64,000 nucleotides of DNA from an uncultured Chloroflexia bacterium (GCA_963752475.1 CAVVYR010000007.1:480001-544000), one strand, 5' to 3'. Counted from the stretch's first letter, positions 45,741 through 57,262 are shown. Numbers and translations are program-made. The notes: generated by a model not told the origin, from the letters alone.

Positions 45741-48700
45741 ATGACACAAAGCCCATTCCCGGCTGTCGCAGCGCAGCCTGACCTCGCTGCCCAGGAACAC
45801 CGCACGCTCGACTTCTGGCGCGAGCGGTCCATCTTCAGCAAGCTCCGCGCCCAGAACGCGGATCACGAACACTGGTCCTTCGTCGACGGCCCCATCACGG
45901 CCAACAACCCCATGGGTGTGCACCACGCCTGGGGCCGCACGTACAAGGACGCCTTCAACCGCTACCACGCCATGCTCGGCCAGGAGCTGCGCTTCCAGCA
46001 AGGCTTCGATTGCCAGGGACTGTGGGTAGAGGTCAACGTCGAGCGTGAGCTGGGCTTCACCAGCAAGAAGGACATCGAGACCTTCGGCATCGCCGACTTC
46101 GTACGCCTATGCAAGCAGCGCGTGCTGACGTACGCCGCGGTCCAGACGGAGCAATCGATCCGCCTCGGCTACTGGATGGACTGGAACGATCCCGAGGAGC
46201 TTCGCCGCCTGCGCGACCTGCTGGAGCAGGATCCGTCGCAGGTCATCACCGTCGATGGCCCTGACGGACCGGTCACCGACACGGTCGAGATGATCGTCGG
46301 CCGCCTGGGTCTGCCGGAGATGGGCGGCTCCTACTTCACCTTCAGCAACGAGAACAACGACCTCATCTGGGCCTTCCTGGCCGAGTGCGACAAGCGCGGC
46401 TGGCTCTACCGCGGCATCGACTCGATGCCCTGGTGCACCCGCTGCGGCACGGGCATGAGCCAGATGGAGATGAACGAGGGCTATCAGGACCGCGAGGACC
46501 CGGGCCTGACCGTGCGCTTCAAGCTCGTGGAGCGGCCGGGCGAGTCGCTGCTGGTGTGGACGACCACGCCGTGGACGATGACGGCCAACGTGGCCGCGGC
46601 AGTGCACCCCGACCTCGAATACGTGCTCATCGACCAGGGTGGGGACGAGCGGTTCTGGGTCGGCAAGGCTGCGCTCAAGACCGCGGTGCAGGGCGACTTC
46701 AAGGTCGTCGATACGCGACCCGGGTCGTTCCTGCTGGGACTCCACTACACCTTCGCCTTCGATGTCCTGCCGGTCGTGCAGGAGGCCTTCGCGGGCGGCC
46801 GTGACGAGAACGGCGCCTCACCCTACGTCCATCGCGTCATCGAGTGGGACCAGGTCGGCGAGGACGAGGGCACGTCGATCGTGCACATCGCACCGGGCGG
46901 TGGCGCCGAGGACTTCCAGCTGGGCAAGCAGCTGGACCTGCCGGTCATCGCGCCACTCGACGAGGCTGGGCATTACCTCAAGGGCTTCGGCAAGTTCGAG
47001 GGCATGGACGCGGCGGGTGTCGCAGCCGAGATCATCGAGGAGCTCGAGGCGCTCGACTTCTACTACCACCTCGAGCCGTACACGCACCGCTATCCACACT
47101 GCTGGCGTTGCGGCACGGCGCTGCTCTTCCGCGTCGTGGACGAGTGGTACATCTCCATGGGCCAGGTCTACGACCAGCCGCGCGAGACGCTGTCCCGTGA
47201 GCAGGTCGACGCCAGCCTGCGCTACCAGATCATGGAGATCGTGGACCAGATCGACTGGTACCCGAGCTTCGGCTACGAGCGCGAGCTCGACTGGCTCTTC
47301 ACGATGGGCGACTGGATGATCTCCAAGAAGCGCTACTGGGGCCTGGCCCTGCCCATCTGGGAGTGCACGGCCGAGGACTGCGATGGCTACCAGGTCATCG
47401 GCGGGCGCGAGGAGCTGGGCGAAGCCGCGTCGGCCGGATTCGAAGCGCTCGACGGCCGCACGCCGCACCGCCCCTGGGTCGACGAGGTCGTCGTGCCGTG
47501 CAAGACCTGCGGTGCCGAGTCGCGTCGTATCAAGGACGTGGGCAACCCCTGGCTCGACGCCGGCATCGTGCCCTTCTCGACACTCCACTACCGCACCGAC
47601 CGCGACTACTGGGAGAAGTGGTTCCCGGCCGACTGGGTCAGCGAGTCCTTCCCCGGCCAGTTCCGCAACTGGTTCTACTCGATGCTGGCGATGGGCACCG
47701 TGCTGCGCCGCGAGCGCCCCTTCAAGTCGCTCTTCGGCTATGCCACGCTCTATGGCGAGGACGGCCGACCCATGCACAAGTCGTGGGGCAACGCCATCGA
47801 GTTCAACGAGGCCGCGGAGCGCATGGGCGTCGACGTCATGCGCTGGATGTACGCCACCGCCCGGCCCGAGGACAACATCCTCTTCGGCTACCACACCGCG
47901 GACGAGGCCCGTCGCGAGCTGCTCGTCCTCTGGAACACGCTCGCGTTCTTCACGACGTATGCCCGACTGAGTGACTGGAGGCCGAGCCGAGCGGTCATCG
48001 GTCAGCAGTCGGCCGATGCGGATCGCTCGCTGCTCGATCGCTGGATCCTTTCGCGCGCGGCGGAGATGGCCGCGAGCGCGGGCTCGTCCATGGACGTCTA
48101 CGACACCCGCGGCGCCACCCGCGCCATCAGCGAGTTCGTCGACGATCTCTCGCAGTGGTGGCTCCGCCGCTCACGCCGTCGCCTCTCACGCGGCGATGAC
48201 GCGACCGACCGAGACGTCGCGTTCGGCACGATGCACCTGGCCCTGATGGCCGTCGCCCGCACGATCGCACCGCTGCTGCCGTTCCTGGCCGAGGAGTTCC
48301 ACCAGGTGCTGGTGGCCTCGACGAGCGAGGAGGCGCCCGAGTCGGTCCACCTCACCGCCTGGCCCACGCCCGACCTGGCGCCGCTGCGCGACGAAGCGCT
48401 CGAGGCCGCCATGGCCGACCTGCGACGGGCCGTGGAGCTGGGTCGCACCCTGCGCAGCCAGGCCGGCATCAAGGTCCGCCAGCCGCTGGGTACGCTCTGG
48501 CTGGCGATGCCGCCCGACTGGCCCACCGATGAGACCGCCGACGAGCTGCTGGCCCAGCTGGCCGAGGAGCTCAACGTCAAGACCGTGGAGGTCATCGGTG
48601 ACGAGTCCGACCTCGTGGACCGGCGCGTGAAGCCGCTGCTGCCGGTCATCGGCAAGAAGTACGGCCAGCGGATCCCGGCCATCATGGCCGCCGCCCGCGC

Positions 48701-49127
48701 CAACGAGGTCGAGTACCACGACGACGGCTCGGTCAGCCTGGCCGACCTGACGCTGGCACCCGACGAGGTCGAGATCCTGGCCACCCCGCGCCCGGGTACG
48801 GCCGTGGCGCACGATGAGGGCATCGTCGTCGTCATCGACACCGAGCTCACGCCGGAGCTGGTGGCAGAGGGCGACGCGCGCGAGCTGACCCGGGCCGTGC
48901 AGGACCTGCGCAAGCAGGCGGAGCTGGCGCTCGACGCCCGCATCACGCTCTGGGTCGACGGCCCGGCCGAGATCGTCGAGCGACTCACGCCCTACTTCGA
49001 TGGCGTGGCCGCCGATGTCCTCGCTGACGACGTTCGCCGAGAGGCTGCGTCCGATGACGCAGGCGTGGCGGAGGTGGCCCTGACCGAGGGCACCGTCCGT
49101 ATCGCGCTGCAGGCCGTGGATGGCTGA
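45741..49127 (+). CDS. ileS: Isoleucine-tRNA ligase, type 2, GVHH signature
   Basis: DGPITANNPMGVHH, GFDCQGL, WTTTPWT, YPHCWRC, SKKRYWG, PMHKS, KVRQPL; no C-terminal Zn finger. Confidence 0.96.
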   Translation: MTQSPFPAVAAQPDLAAQEHRTLDFWRERSIFSKLRAQNADHEHWSFVDGPITANNPMGVHHAWGRTYKDAFNRYHAMLGQELRFQQGFDCQGLWVEVNVERELGFTSKKDIETFGIADFVRLCKQRVLTYAAVQTEQSIRLGYWMDWNDPEELRRLRDLLEQDPSQVITVDGPDGPVTDTVEMIVGRLGLPEMGGSYFTFSNENNDLIWAFLAECDKRGWLYRGIDSMPWCTRCGTGMSQMEMNEGYQDREDPGLTVRFKLVERPGESLLVWTTTPWTMTANVAAAVHPDLEYVLIDQGGDERFWVGKAALKTAVQGDFKVVDTRPGSFLLGLHYTFAFDVLPVVQEAFAGGRDENGASPYVHRVIEWDQVGEDEGTSIVHIAPGGGAEDFQLGKQLDLPVIAPLDEAGHYLKGFGKFEGMDAAGVAAEIIEELEALDFYYHLEPYTHRYPHCWRCGTALLFRVVDEWYISMGQVYDQPRETLSREQVDASLRYQIMEIVDQIDWYPSFGYERELDWLFTMGDWMISKKRYWGLALPIWECTAEDCDGYQVIGGREELGEAASAGFEALDGRTPHRPWVDEVVVPCKTCGAESRRIKDVGNPWLDAGIVPFSTLHYRTDRDYWEKWFPADWVSESFPGQFRNWFYSMLAMGTVLRRERPFKSLFGYATLYGEDGRPMHKSWGNAIEFNEAAERMGVDVMRWMYATARPEDNILFGYHTADEARRELLVLWNTLAFFTTYARLSDWRPSRAVIGQQSADADRSLLDRWILSRAAEMAASAGSSMDVYDTRGATRAISEFVDDLSQWWLRRSRRRLSRGDDATDRDVAFGTMHLALMAVARTIAPLLPFLAEEFHQVLVASTSEEAPESVHLTAWPTPDLAPLRDEALEAAMADLRRAVELGRTLRSQAGIKVRQPLGTLWLAMPPDWPTDETADELLAQLAEELNVKTVEVIGDESDLVDRRVKPLLPVIGKKYGQRIPAIMAAARANEVEYHDDGSVSLADLTLAPDEVEILATPRPGTAVAHDEGIVVVIDTELTPELVAEGDARELTRAVQDLRKQAELALDARITLWVDGPAEIVERLTPYFDGVAADVLADDVRREAASDDAGVAEVALTEGTVRIALQAVDG

Positions 49128-49680
49128 GGCGTCCGCCTCGGCCGCATCGGAGGAAGCCCGCGAGACGCCGCAGGGGCGGCGCCGGCGCTGGGCGCTGTTC
49201 GGGGGGACTGCCATCGCGATCGTGGTCCTCGACCAGCTCACCAAGACCTGGGTCGACGCCAGCTTCGCGCGTGCGGCCGAGGGCGGCTCGACAGAGCTCA
49301 TCGGCGACCTCGTGCGCATCTCCAAGGTCTACAACGACGGCGCCATCTTCGGCTTCCTCGACGCCTCGGCCATGCTCATGGCCCTGCTCACGGTCTTCGT
49401 CGTGGCTGCGGTCCTGTGGTACGAGTGGCGTCACGGCGCGGGCCTCGGGCCGCTGGTGACCGTCGGTCTCGGCCTGCTCACCGGCGGCGCCATCGGCAAC
49501 CTCATCGACCGACTGCGCTTCGGGCACGTCATCGACTTCGTGGACATGGGCATCGGCGACACCCGCTGGTACGCCTGGAACATCAGTGACGCCGCGGTCT
49601 TCCTGGGCATCGTGGCTCTCTTCCTCGCGGCCCTGCTGGGCGATCGCGCTCCCGGCGTCCGACAGCAGGGGTCCACATGA
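49120..49680 (+). CDS. lspA: Lipoprotein signal peptidase II
   Basis: DQLTK, NDGAIFG, GGAIGNLIDR, VIDF, NISD. Confidence 0.95.
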   Translation: MAEASASAASEEARETPQGRRRRWALFGGTAIAIVVLDQLTKTWVDASFARAAEGGSTELIGDLVRISKVYNDGAIFGFLDASAMLMALLTVFVVAAVLWYEWRHGAGLGPLVTVGLGLLTGGAIGNLIDRLRFGHVIDFVDMGIGDTRWYAWNISDAAVFLGIVALFLAALLGDRAPGVRQQGST

Positions 49681-50621
49681 GCGGGATCACGCGCGTCGAG
49701 GTCCCGGCCGGAGCGGATGGCAGCCGCGCCGATCGGTTCGTGGCTGATGCCGTCGGCCTCTCGCGCGCCCTTGTCCAACGGCTCATCGCCGACGGCCGCC
49801 TGACCTGCGATGGACAGCGCGTCCGATCGCGAGACCCGGTGCGTCCCGGCCAGGTCCTGCAGCTCGATGTGCCGGAGGTGCAGGCCGATGAGCTGGTGCC
49901 CGAGGACATCCCCCTCGACGTGGTCTATCGGGACGACGACGTCATCGTCGTGGACAAGCCGGCGGGGTTGGTGACACACCCCGCGCCGGGCCACGACCGC
50001 GGCACCCTCGTCAACGCCCTGCTCGCGATGGAGGCAGGTGAGGGCGGCCTGGGCACCGCCGCCGGCGCGGGACGTCCCGGCATCGTGCACCGGCTCGACC
50101 GTGATACCTCCGGTCTCATCGTCGTCGCCCGCAACGACGCGGCCCAGGTCTCGCTGCAGGCACAGCTCAAGGCGCGTCGCGTGCGCAAGACCTACCTCGC
50201 GCTGGCCGGCGGCGTCGTCAATGCCCAGGTCGGCCGCATCGAGAAGCCCATCGGGCGTGATCCGCGCAACCGCATGCGCCAGGCCGTGACCGCGCAGGGC
50301 AAGGCGGCCACCACCGGCTACCGCGTCCGCGAGCGCTTCGCGGAGTGGACGATGCTCGAGCTCGATCTCATCACCGGACGAACGCACCAGATCCGCGTCC
50401 ACCTTGCGTCCATCGGCCATGCCGTGGCCGGTGACACCGTCTACGCCACCGGTGCGGTGCGCAAGGGCCCCGATCGGCTCGAGCGCCTCTTCCTCCACGC
50501 CTGGAAGCTGGAGTTCGTGTCGCCCGGGTCCGGTCGGCTCGTCCGATGTGAGGCACCATTGCCGGACGAGCTCGAGTCCGTGCTGGATGGGCTGCGAGCC
50601 AGCGACGAGCGAAGGAGTTGA
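49677..50621 (+). CDS. rluD: RluA-family pseudouridine synthase with S4 domain
   Basis: RADRFV S4 domain, VDKPAG, GIVHRLDRDTSG, TGRTHQIRVH, LHA. Confidence 0.9.
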   Translation: MSGITRVEVPAGADGSRADRFVADAVGLSRALVQRLIADGRLTCDGQRVRSRDPVRPGQVLQLDVPEVQADELVPEDIPLDVVYRDDDVIVVDKPAGLVTHPAPGHDRGTLVNALLAMEAGEGGLGTAAGAGRPGIVHRLDRDTSGLIVVARNDAAQVSLQAQLKARRVRKTYLALAGGVVNAQVGRIEKPIGRDPRNRMRQAVTAQGKAATTGYRVRERFAEWTMLELDLITGRTHQIRVHLASIGHAVAGDTVYATGAVRKGPDRLERLFLHAWKLEFVSPGSGRLVRCEAPLPDELESVLDGLRASDERRS

Positions 50622-51241
50622 CGATTCGCGAGACCGAAGGGCAGCCGGGAGCCCAGGTGATCATCATCTCCGGCCCGTCCGGTGTGGGCAAGGACACGAT
50701 CATCGAGGCCATGAAGCGGCGGGAGCCGGAGCATCCGCGCCGCTACGTCATCACCGTCACCACGCGCGAACTGCGCGAGAACGAGACCGACGGTGTGCAC
50801 TATCACTTCTACTCCGTCGACGACTACCAGCGCCTGGTGGCCAGCGAGGGGTTGCTCGAGGCCAGCCTCGTCCACGACCATTGGTACGGCACGCCGCGCG
50901 ATCAGGTCCAGTCGGCCATCGGCAGCGGGCGTGACGCCATCCTCAAGATCGACGTCCAGGGCGCGGACAAGGTGCGTGCCAGGATCCCCGAGGCCCTGCT
51001 CATCTTCGTCGTGCCGCCCTCGATCGAGGAGCTGGAGCGGCGCTTGCGCGAGCGTCGCACCGAGTCCCGCGAGCAGACCGAGCTACGGCTGCGCAATGCT
51101 CGTATCGAGATGGCCCGCACGGGCGAGTTCGATCACGTCGTGGTCAACGAGACCGACAAGGTCGACGCGACGGCCGAGGCCATCGACGGCATCATCGCCG
51201 CCGAGCACCGCAGGTACGCCGACCGCCGCATCCGCGTCTAG
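50618..51241 (+). CDS. gmk: Guanylate kinase
   Basis: SGPSGVGKDT, TTR, DGVHYHF, YGTP, IDVQGA. Confidence 0.96.
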   Translation: MTIRETEGQPGAQVIIISGPSGVGKDTIIEAMKRREPEHPRRYVITVTTRELRENETDGVHYHFYSVDDYQRLVASEGLLEASLVHDHWYGTPRDQVQSAIGSGRDAILKIDVQGADKVRARIPEALLIFVVPPSIEELERRLRERRTESREQTELRLRNARIEMARTGEFDHVVVNETDKVDATAEAIDGIIAAEHRRYADRRIRV

Positions 51242-51247
51242 CACCCG

Positions 51248-53690
51248 ATGACGGAGCCGCGCTTCGTCGAGGTCGCGGTGGACGCACCAGGCGTTCCCGG
51301 TGGCCGGACCTTCAGCTATCGCGTGCCCGGCCAGCCTGGCCGACATCGAGCTGGGCGAGGCCGTGATGGTCGAGTTCGGGCGACGACGGGCGGTGGGCCT
51401 GGTCCTGGCCGATGGCGTCGAGCCGCCGGTGGAGGCCAAGCCGCTGCTGGCACGCGTGCGCTCGGAAGGCGCGCTGCTGGGCCCGCTGGGGCGGCGGCTG
51501 GCCCTTCACGTCTCGGAGCACTACCTCGCACCGCCCGGGCTGGTGGTGCGCGCGATGCTGCCGCCTGGGACGCTCGAGCGTATCGCGCTCTTCGCCGTCG
51601 CGGACTCGACCGCTGGACTGGTGCTGGCGCCGGACCCGCTGCTGGCGGCCGTGATCGCCGGAGGTGAGGCCGGTGTACCGGTGGATGACCTTCCGCCGGC
51701 CTCCAGCCGCGCCACCCTGCTGCGCTCGCTACGCGCCCTGGAGGACGAAGGCGCCCTGCGCCTCGAGTGGCGCGTCGTGCGCGGCGACGGTCCGACCGAA
51801 GCAGCGACGCTGGGCCGTCATCACCGATGTCGGACGGGAGGCGGCCACCGCCCTCGGGTCCGGTGACTCGCCGCCGGGTCCGCGCCTGGGGCCACGCCAG
51901 CAGGCCCTGCTCGCGGAGCTGACCGAGCCCGGGAACGACGGAGCCGAGGTGGCCGCGCGCCTGGCCGAGCGACACGGAGCGATCGGCCGTGAGTGGGCTG
52001 ACCAAGCGTGGCCTGCTCGAGCTCGAGGTCCGCACGGAGGCGCGCCGGCCGCTGGCCGGGCGAGCCGAGCCGAGCCGTGGCAGCCGCCCGGTCGGGAGTG
52101 AGCTCGACGCGGAGCAGCAAGCCGCCTTCATGGTCGTCAGCTCGGCCATCGAAGCCGGACGCCACGAGACCCTTCTGCTCGACGGCGACACGGCCAGCGG
52201 CAAGACCGCCGTCTACGCCGAGGCCATCGCGGCCGCCCTGGCGGCTGGTCGTGGCGCGCTCGTGCTGGTGCCGGAGATCGCCCTGGCCACGCCCCTCATC
52301 GACCGACTGCGGCACGACCTCGGCGAGGACGTGGCCATGCTCCACAGCAGCATGAGCGACGGCGAACGTGCTGACGAATGGCGGCGCATCCGCGCTGGGG
52401 GGGCACGCGTGGTGGTGGGTACGCGAGTGGCCGTCCTGTCGCCCCCCGAGCCGCTGGGCCTCATCGTCGTGGACGAGGAGCACGACGCGGCCTACAAGTC
52501 CGATCGCACGCCGCGGATACCAGGCCCGGGACACGGCCGTGGCACTCGGCGGGCTGGCCGAGGTGCCGGTCATCCTCGGCTCGGCCACACCGGACATCGT
52601 CAGCCTGGGCCGCGCCCGCGCGGGAGAGGCGCGTCATCTGCGGCTTCGCGGCCGCCGCTCGGGCGCCCCGGTGACCGTCGAGATCGCCGACATGCGCGAG
52701 GAGCTGGCAGAGGGCAATCGGGGGTTGCTGTCGGTGTCGCTCGCTGCTGCGCTCGAGACGCTCGATACCACCGCCGGCGATCGCGCCATCCTGGTCATCA
52801 ACCGTCGCGGGGCGGCCAGCGTGGTGCTCTGCCGCGACTGCGGCTACGTCCAGATCTGCCCCGAGTGCCAGCGGCCACTCGTCTTCCATGCCCGGGCGGT
52901 AGCCTTGCGCTGCCACCACTGCGGGGCCAGCGCCCCGGTGGCCAGGCGCTGCCCGTCCTGCGACTCGGTGCGCATCCGCTACCTGGGTGGCGGCACCGAG
53001 CGCGTAGAGCAGGAGCTCCGCGTCCGGTTCCCGGCGCTGCGTGTCGCTCGTCTCGATCGTGACGTGGCGGAGCGCAAGGGCGAGGCCGCTCGGGTCATCG
53101 ACGACTTCACCAGCGGCGCCTCTGACGTGCTCGTGGGCACGAGCCTCGTGGCCAAGGGTCTCGACGTCCCCGAGGTCACGCTCGTGGGTGTGGTCAGTGC
53201 CGATATCGCGCTCAACCTGCCTGACGAGCGTGCCGCCGAACGGACATGGCAGCTGCTGACGCAGGCGGTCGGACGGGCCGGGCGAGGGGAGCGGCCCGGG
53301 CGCGCCATCGTCCAGACCTACCAGCCCGACCATCCCGCCATCGAGGCCGTGGCCGCCGGCGACGCCGGCCCCTTCATCGAGGCCGAACTGGAGCGCAGAC
53401 GCCGCTTCGGCTCCCCGCCCTTCGGGCGTCTCATCAAGCTCACCGCGGCCCTGCCCGACCGAGATGCCGCCGAGTCGGTGGCCAAGGACAAGGTGGCCGA
53501 GTTGCGCGCCCGTGCGACCGAGCTGCGTATCCGCGTGGATGTGCTCGGCCCGGTCCCGGCCTACATCGCTCGGCGTGGCGGTCGCTGGCGCTTCCACGTC
53601 GTCCTGCGCGGGTCGGACCCCGCGGCGGTGCTGGGCGGCGATCCGGGCACGCCCTGGTCGGTCGACGTCGACCCTGAGAGCCTGCTCTAG
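51248..53690 (+). CDS. priA: Primosomal protein N' (four +1 frameshifts, probably errors)
   Basis: Consecutive ORFs 51248/51300/51664/51989/52368 give VEVAVD..FSY, VEFGRR, GDTASGKT, LVPEIAL, DEEHD, CxxC Zn motifs, QAVGRAGR, DVDP. Confidence 0.93.
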
Positions 53691-53722
53691 AGCCACGCTC
53701 GAGAGCGCCGTATACTCGCGCC

Positions 53723-54238
53723 ATGACCGTGAAGCCCATCCTCACCCTCGGTGACCCCCTGCTACGCCTCAAGGGCGAGCCTGTCGACAGCTTCGCCCCC
53801 TATCTCGGCGAGCTCCTCGACGACCTCACGCACACGATGCGTGACGCACCCGGCGTCGGCCTGGCCGCGCCCCAGATCGGCGAGGCGCTGCAGGTCTGCG
53901 TCATCGAGATCGAGGGCCGCCTGTACGAGCTGGTCAACCCGGTCATCACGCGCTCCAGCGGTGAGGACAACGACATCGAGGGCTGCCTCTCGGTGCCGGG
54001 CTACGTGGCCTACGTGCCGCGCAAGGAGAAGGTCTGGGTCGAGGCCCAGGACCGCACCGGCCGCAAGATCAAGGAGCACGGCGCCGGACTGCTCGCGCGC
54101 GCGATGCAGCACGAGCTCGACCACCTCAAGGGCATCCTCTACATCGACTACCTCGAGTCCCTCGACGACCTCATCCCGGTCAGCAAGCTCGAGGAGGAGT
54201 TGGAGCAGTCCGGCGAGGAGATGCCGGCCCTCGGTTGA
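53723..54238 (+). CDS. def: Peptide deformylase
   Basis: GVGLAAPQIG, EGCLS, QHELDHL. Confidence 0.98.
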   Translation: MTVKPILTLGDPLLRLKGEPVDSFAPYLGELLDDLTHTMRDAPGVGLAAPQIGEALQVCVIEIEGRLYELVNPVITRSSGEDNDIEGCLSVPGYVAYVPRKEKVWVEAQDRTGRKIKEHGAGLLARAMQHELDHLKGILYIDYLESLDDLIPVSKLEEELEQSGEEMPALG

Positions 54239-55165
54239 GCGCCATCGCGCCCCCGGTCCGGACGCTCTTCTTCGGCAGCGGCACGGTCGCACTGCCGGCC
54301 CTGTCGCGGCTGCACGCAAGCGGCCTCGTCGAGATCGATTCGGTCGTCACCGCGCCACCGCGTCCCGCTGGGCGCAAGGGCGTCCTCACGCCCACGCCCG
54401 TGGCCGACCTGGCGGCCGAGCTGGGACTGCCCATCCGCACGCCGCGCACGTTGCGTGAAGTAGCCGTGCAGGAGGAGCTGGGCGCCGTCGGGGCCGAGCT
54501 CATCGTGCTCGCCGACTATGGCCGCATCATCCCCGGCGCGGTCCTCGACATGCCTCGCCACGGGGCCCTCAACATCCACCCGTCGTTGCTGCCGCGCCAC
54601 CGGGGGGCGGCGCCGGTCGTAGGCACCATCCTCGAGGGTGACGACATCGGCGGGGTGACCGTCATGCGCATGGACGAGGGGCTCGACACCGGACCCATCG
54701 TGGCGCAGCGCAAGGTCACGCTCGACGGGTCGGAGGTGGCTCCGGAGCTGGAAGCGCGTCTGGCCGAGATGGGCGCCGAGCTGCTCGTCGAAGTGTTGCC
54801 CGGTTGGCTCGAGGGATCGGTGACGTCGCACGCCGCAGCCGACCGCCGGTGCCACCCTCACGCGCCTGCTGCGGCGGGAGGACGGCCGGCTCGATCCGAG
54901 CAAGCCGGTCGCCGACCTCGAGCGCCAGGTGCGGGCATATCAGCCATGGCCGGGTTCGTTCCTCCAACATGACGGGGCGCGCCTGAAGGTCTGGGCCGCG
55001 AGCGTGCTGGATCAGAACGTGGCCGTCGAGCCCGGCGCCATCATCCTCACCGAGGGCACGCTGGGTCTGGGCGCGGTCGACGGCGTGCTCCGGCTCGACG
55101 AGGTGCAGCCGGCCGGCAAGCGGCGCATGAGCGGTGCCGAGTACCGTCGCGGCAAGCGCCTGTAG
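54235..55165 (+). CDS. fmt: Methionyl-tRNA formyltransferase (+1 frameshift near 54830)
   Basis: NIHPSLLPRHRGAAP, MDEGLDTG; C-terminal RAYQPWPG..VQPAGKRRM in the next frame. Confidence 0.93.
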
Positions 55166-55282
55166 GACCCGACCGGCAGACTCCGCGCTGTCGAGGGCCG
55201 GAACGGTCGGATGGCCCCGGACAGGGCCTCCGTCACCTCGTGCCCGGCTACATCCGCCGTTCCGGGCTACCATCACGCCTCG

Positions 55283-56536
55283 ATGCCCAATCCCGATCCT
55301 GCTCCTGTGCCCGACCCCGCCATTCCGCCGCCCAACGGCGCTGATGGGGCACTCCCCATCCTCGACCTGCCTGCGAGCGGACCGCGGGACGAGCGCCCGG
55401 GCATCAGTGACGCCTCGCCCCAGGAGCTGCTGTCGTGGTTCGCCGATCGCGGCGAGGCTGCCTTCCGTGCTCGCCAGCTGGCCGACCATGTCTGGTCCGG
55501 CCGAGCGCAGTCGTTCGACGACATCCACACGCTCCCGGCGCCGTTGCGCGCCGACCTCGAGCAGACCTACCGCTTCTGCACGCTGACCGACACCGAGCGC
55601 CGCTCGGCCGATGGCGGCCTGACCGACAAGGCACTGCACAAGCTCGACGACGGGCGCGTGGTGGAGTCGGTCCTGATGCGCTATCCCGCCCGCGGCTCAC
55701 GCCGTGAGCGCACCACGCTGTGCATCTCCAGCCAGGCTGGCTGCGCCGTCGGCTGCCCCTTCTGCGCCACCGGCGAGCTCGGCCTGTGGCGAGACCTGCG
55801 CACCTCGGAGATCATCGACCAGGCACGCTTCTGGCGCAACGAGCTGGCGGCGGAAGGCCGGCGCCTCTCGAACATCGTCTTCATGGGCATGGGCGAGCCG
55901 CTGCTGAACCCGGACGCCGTGCTGGCGGCATGTGCCGCGCTCAGCGACGGCAACCGCTTCGGGATGGGCCAGCGCCACATCACGGTCTCGACCAGTGGCG
56001 TCATCCCGGGCATCGAGCGCATGACCTCGCTGCGCCGCCAGTACAAACTGGCCGTGTCGCTGCACGCGGCGCGCCCCGACCTGCGCGACGTGCTCGTCCC
56101 GCTCAACCGCAAGCACCCGCTCGAGGACGTCGTGGCCGCGGCCACCGACTACAGCGATGCCACCGGCCGTCGGGTGACCTACGAGATGGTCATGATCGAC
56201 CGCATCAACGACACGCCCGCTGACGCGCGAGCCACCGCAGAGCTGCTGCGTGGCCGGCTGGCGCATGTCAACCTCATCCCCATGAATCCCGTGGCCCACA
56301 CGCCCTGGCAGCCCTCACCTCCGGATCGCGTCGAAGGTTTCGCCTCGGTGCTCCGAGCGGTGGGCCTGCACGCCACCGTGCGTCGCAATCGCGGTATCGA
56401 CATCGGCGCCGCCTGCGGCCAGCTGGCCGCGGAGATGGCCGGCGAGCCCGCACCGGCCGCGGTCCAGCGACGACGCGACGTCATCGAACGACGAAGTGCG
56501 GCGGCCTTGAACGATGGCGCCGCTAGCGGACCATAG
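55283..56536 (+). CDS. rlmN: Dual-specificity RNA methyltransferase RlmN (radical SAM)
   Basis: CISSQAGCAVGCPFCATG, MGMGEP, SLHA, AACGQL. Confidence 0.96.
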   Translation: MPNPDPAPVPDPAIPPPNGADGALPILDLPASGPRDERPGISDASPQELLSWFADRGEAAFRARQLADHVWSGRAQSFDDIHTLPAPLRADLEQTYRFCTLTDTERRSADGGLTDKALHKLDDGRVVESVLMRYPARGSRRERTTLCISSQAGCAVGCPFCATGELGLWRDLRTSEIIDQARFWRNELAAEGRRLSNIVFMGMGEPLLNPDAVLAACAALSDGNRFGMGQRHITVSTSGVIPGIERMTSLRRQYKLAVSLHAARPDLRDVLVPLNRKHPLEDVVAAATDYSDATGRRVTYEMVMIDRINDTPADARATAELLRGRLAHVNLIPMNPVAHTPWQPSPPDRVEGFASVLRAVGLHATVRRNRGIDIGAACGQLAAEMAGEPAPAAVQRRRDVIERRSAAALNDGAASGP

Positions 56537-56547
56537 GAGAGGAGCCC

Positions 56548-57258
56548 ATGACAGACGCCCACCAGGTCCTGGTCTCGGCCAGCATCCTCAATGCCGACTT
56601 CAGCCGCCTGGATCGCGTCGTGCACAAGATGGAGCGGGCCGGCGCGGATCGCCTGCATCTCGATGTCATGGACGGGAACTTCGTCGACAACATCACCTTC
56701 GGACCGGACGTCGTGGCTGCCTTCCGCCGCCTGACCGACATGCCCCTCGACGTCCACCTCATGATCTCGCAGCCCGCGCGCTACATGGACCGCTTCATCG
56801 AGGCCGGGCCGCAGACCATCAGCTTCCACGTCGAGACGACGGAGCCCCACGAGCGCAAGACCGAAGCCATCGCCGCCATCCATGAGGCCGGCCAGGGCGC
56901 CGGCCTCGCGGTCAGCCCGGACACGCCGGTCTCGGCCGTCGACCCCTGGCTCAGCGAGCTCGACGTGATCATGATCATGAGCGTCTACCCCGGTTGGGGC
57001 GGACAGGGCTTCATCCCCGAGACCGCGCCGAAGATCGCCGAAGCTCGAGCCAAGCTGGCCCAGGCCGGCCGGGGCGGCCTCGTGCACGTCGACGGTGGCG
57101 TCAACAGCAAGACCGCCGATGTCGTCGGCGCGGAGGGCATCGACGTCTGCATCGTGGGCTCGGCCCTGTTCCAGCGTGGCAGTGACGCCTCGCAGGAGGT
57201 GGAGCTGGTCAAGGAGCGAGCGCTCGAGGCCTACGGCGCCGCTGTCGGCGCCCGCTAG
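56548..57258 (+). CDS. rpe: Ribulose-phosphate 3-epimerase
   Basis: HLDVMDG.FV.NITFG, DVHLMI, MSVYPGWGGQ, VDGG. Confidence 0.97.
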   Translation: MTDAHQVLVSASILNADFSRLDRVVHKMERAGADRLHLDVMDGNFVDNITFGPDVVAAFRRLTDMPLDVHLMISQPARYMDRFIEAGPQTISFHVETTEPHERKTEAIAAIHEAGQGAGLAVSPDTPVSAVDPWLSELDVIMIMSVYPGWGGQGFIPETAPKIAEARAKLAQAGRGGLVHVDGGVNSKTADVVGAEGIDVCIVGSALFQRGSDASQEVELVKERALEAYGAAVGAR

Positions 57259-57262
57259 CGCC

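Noticed and set aside
51248-53690. Programmed frameshifting or phase variation in priA
   Set aside because: No homopolymer or slippery sites; four independent shifts fit consensus error better
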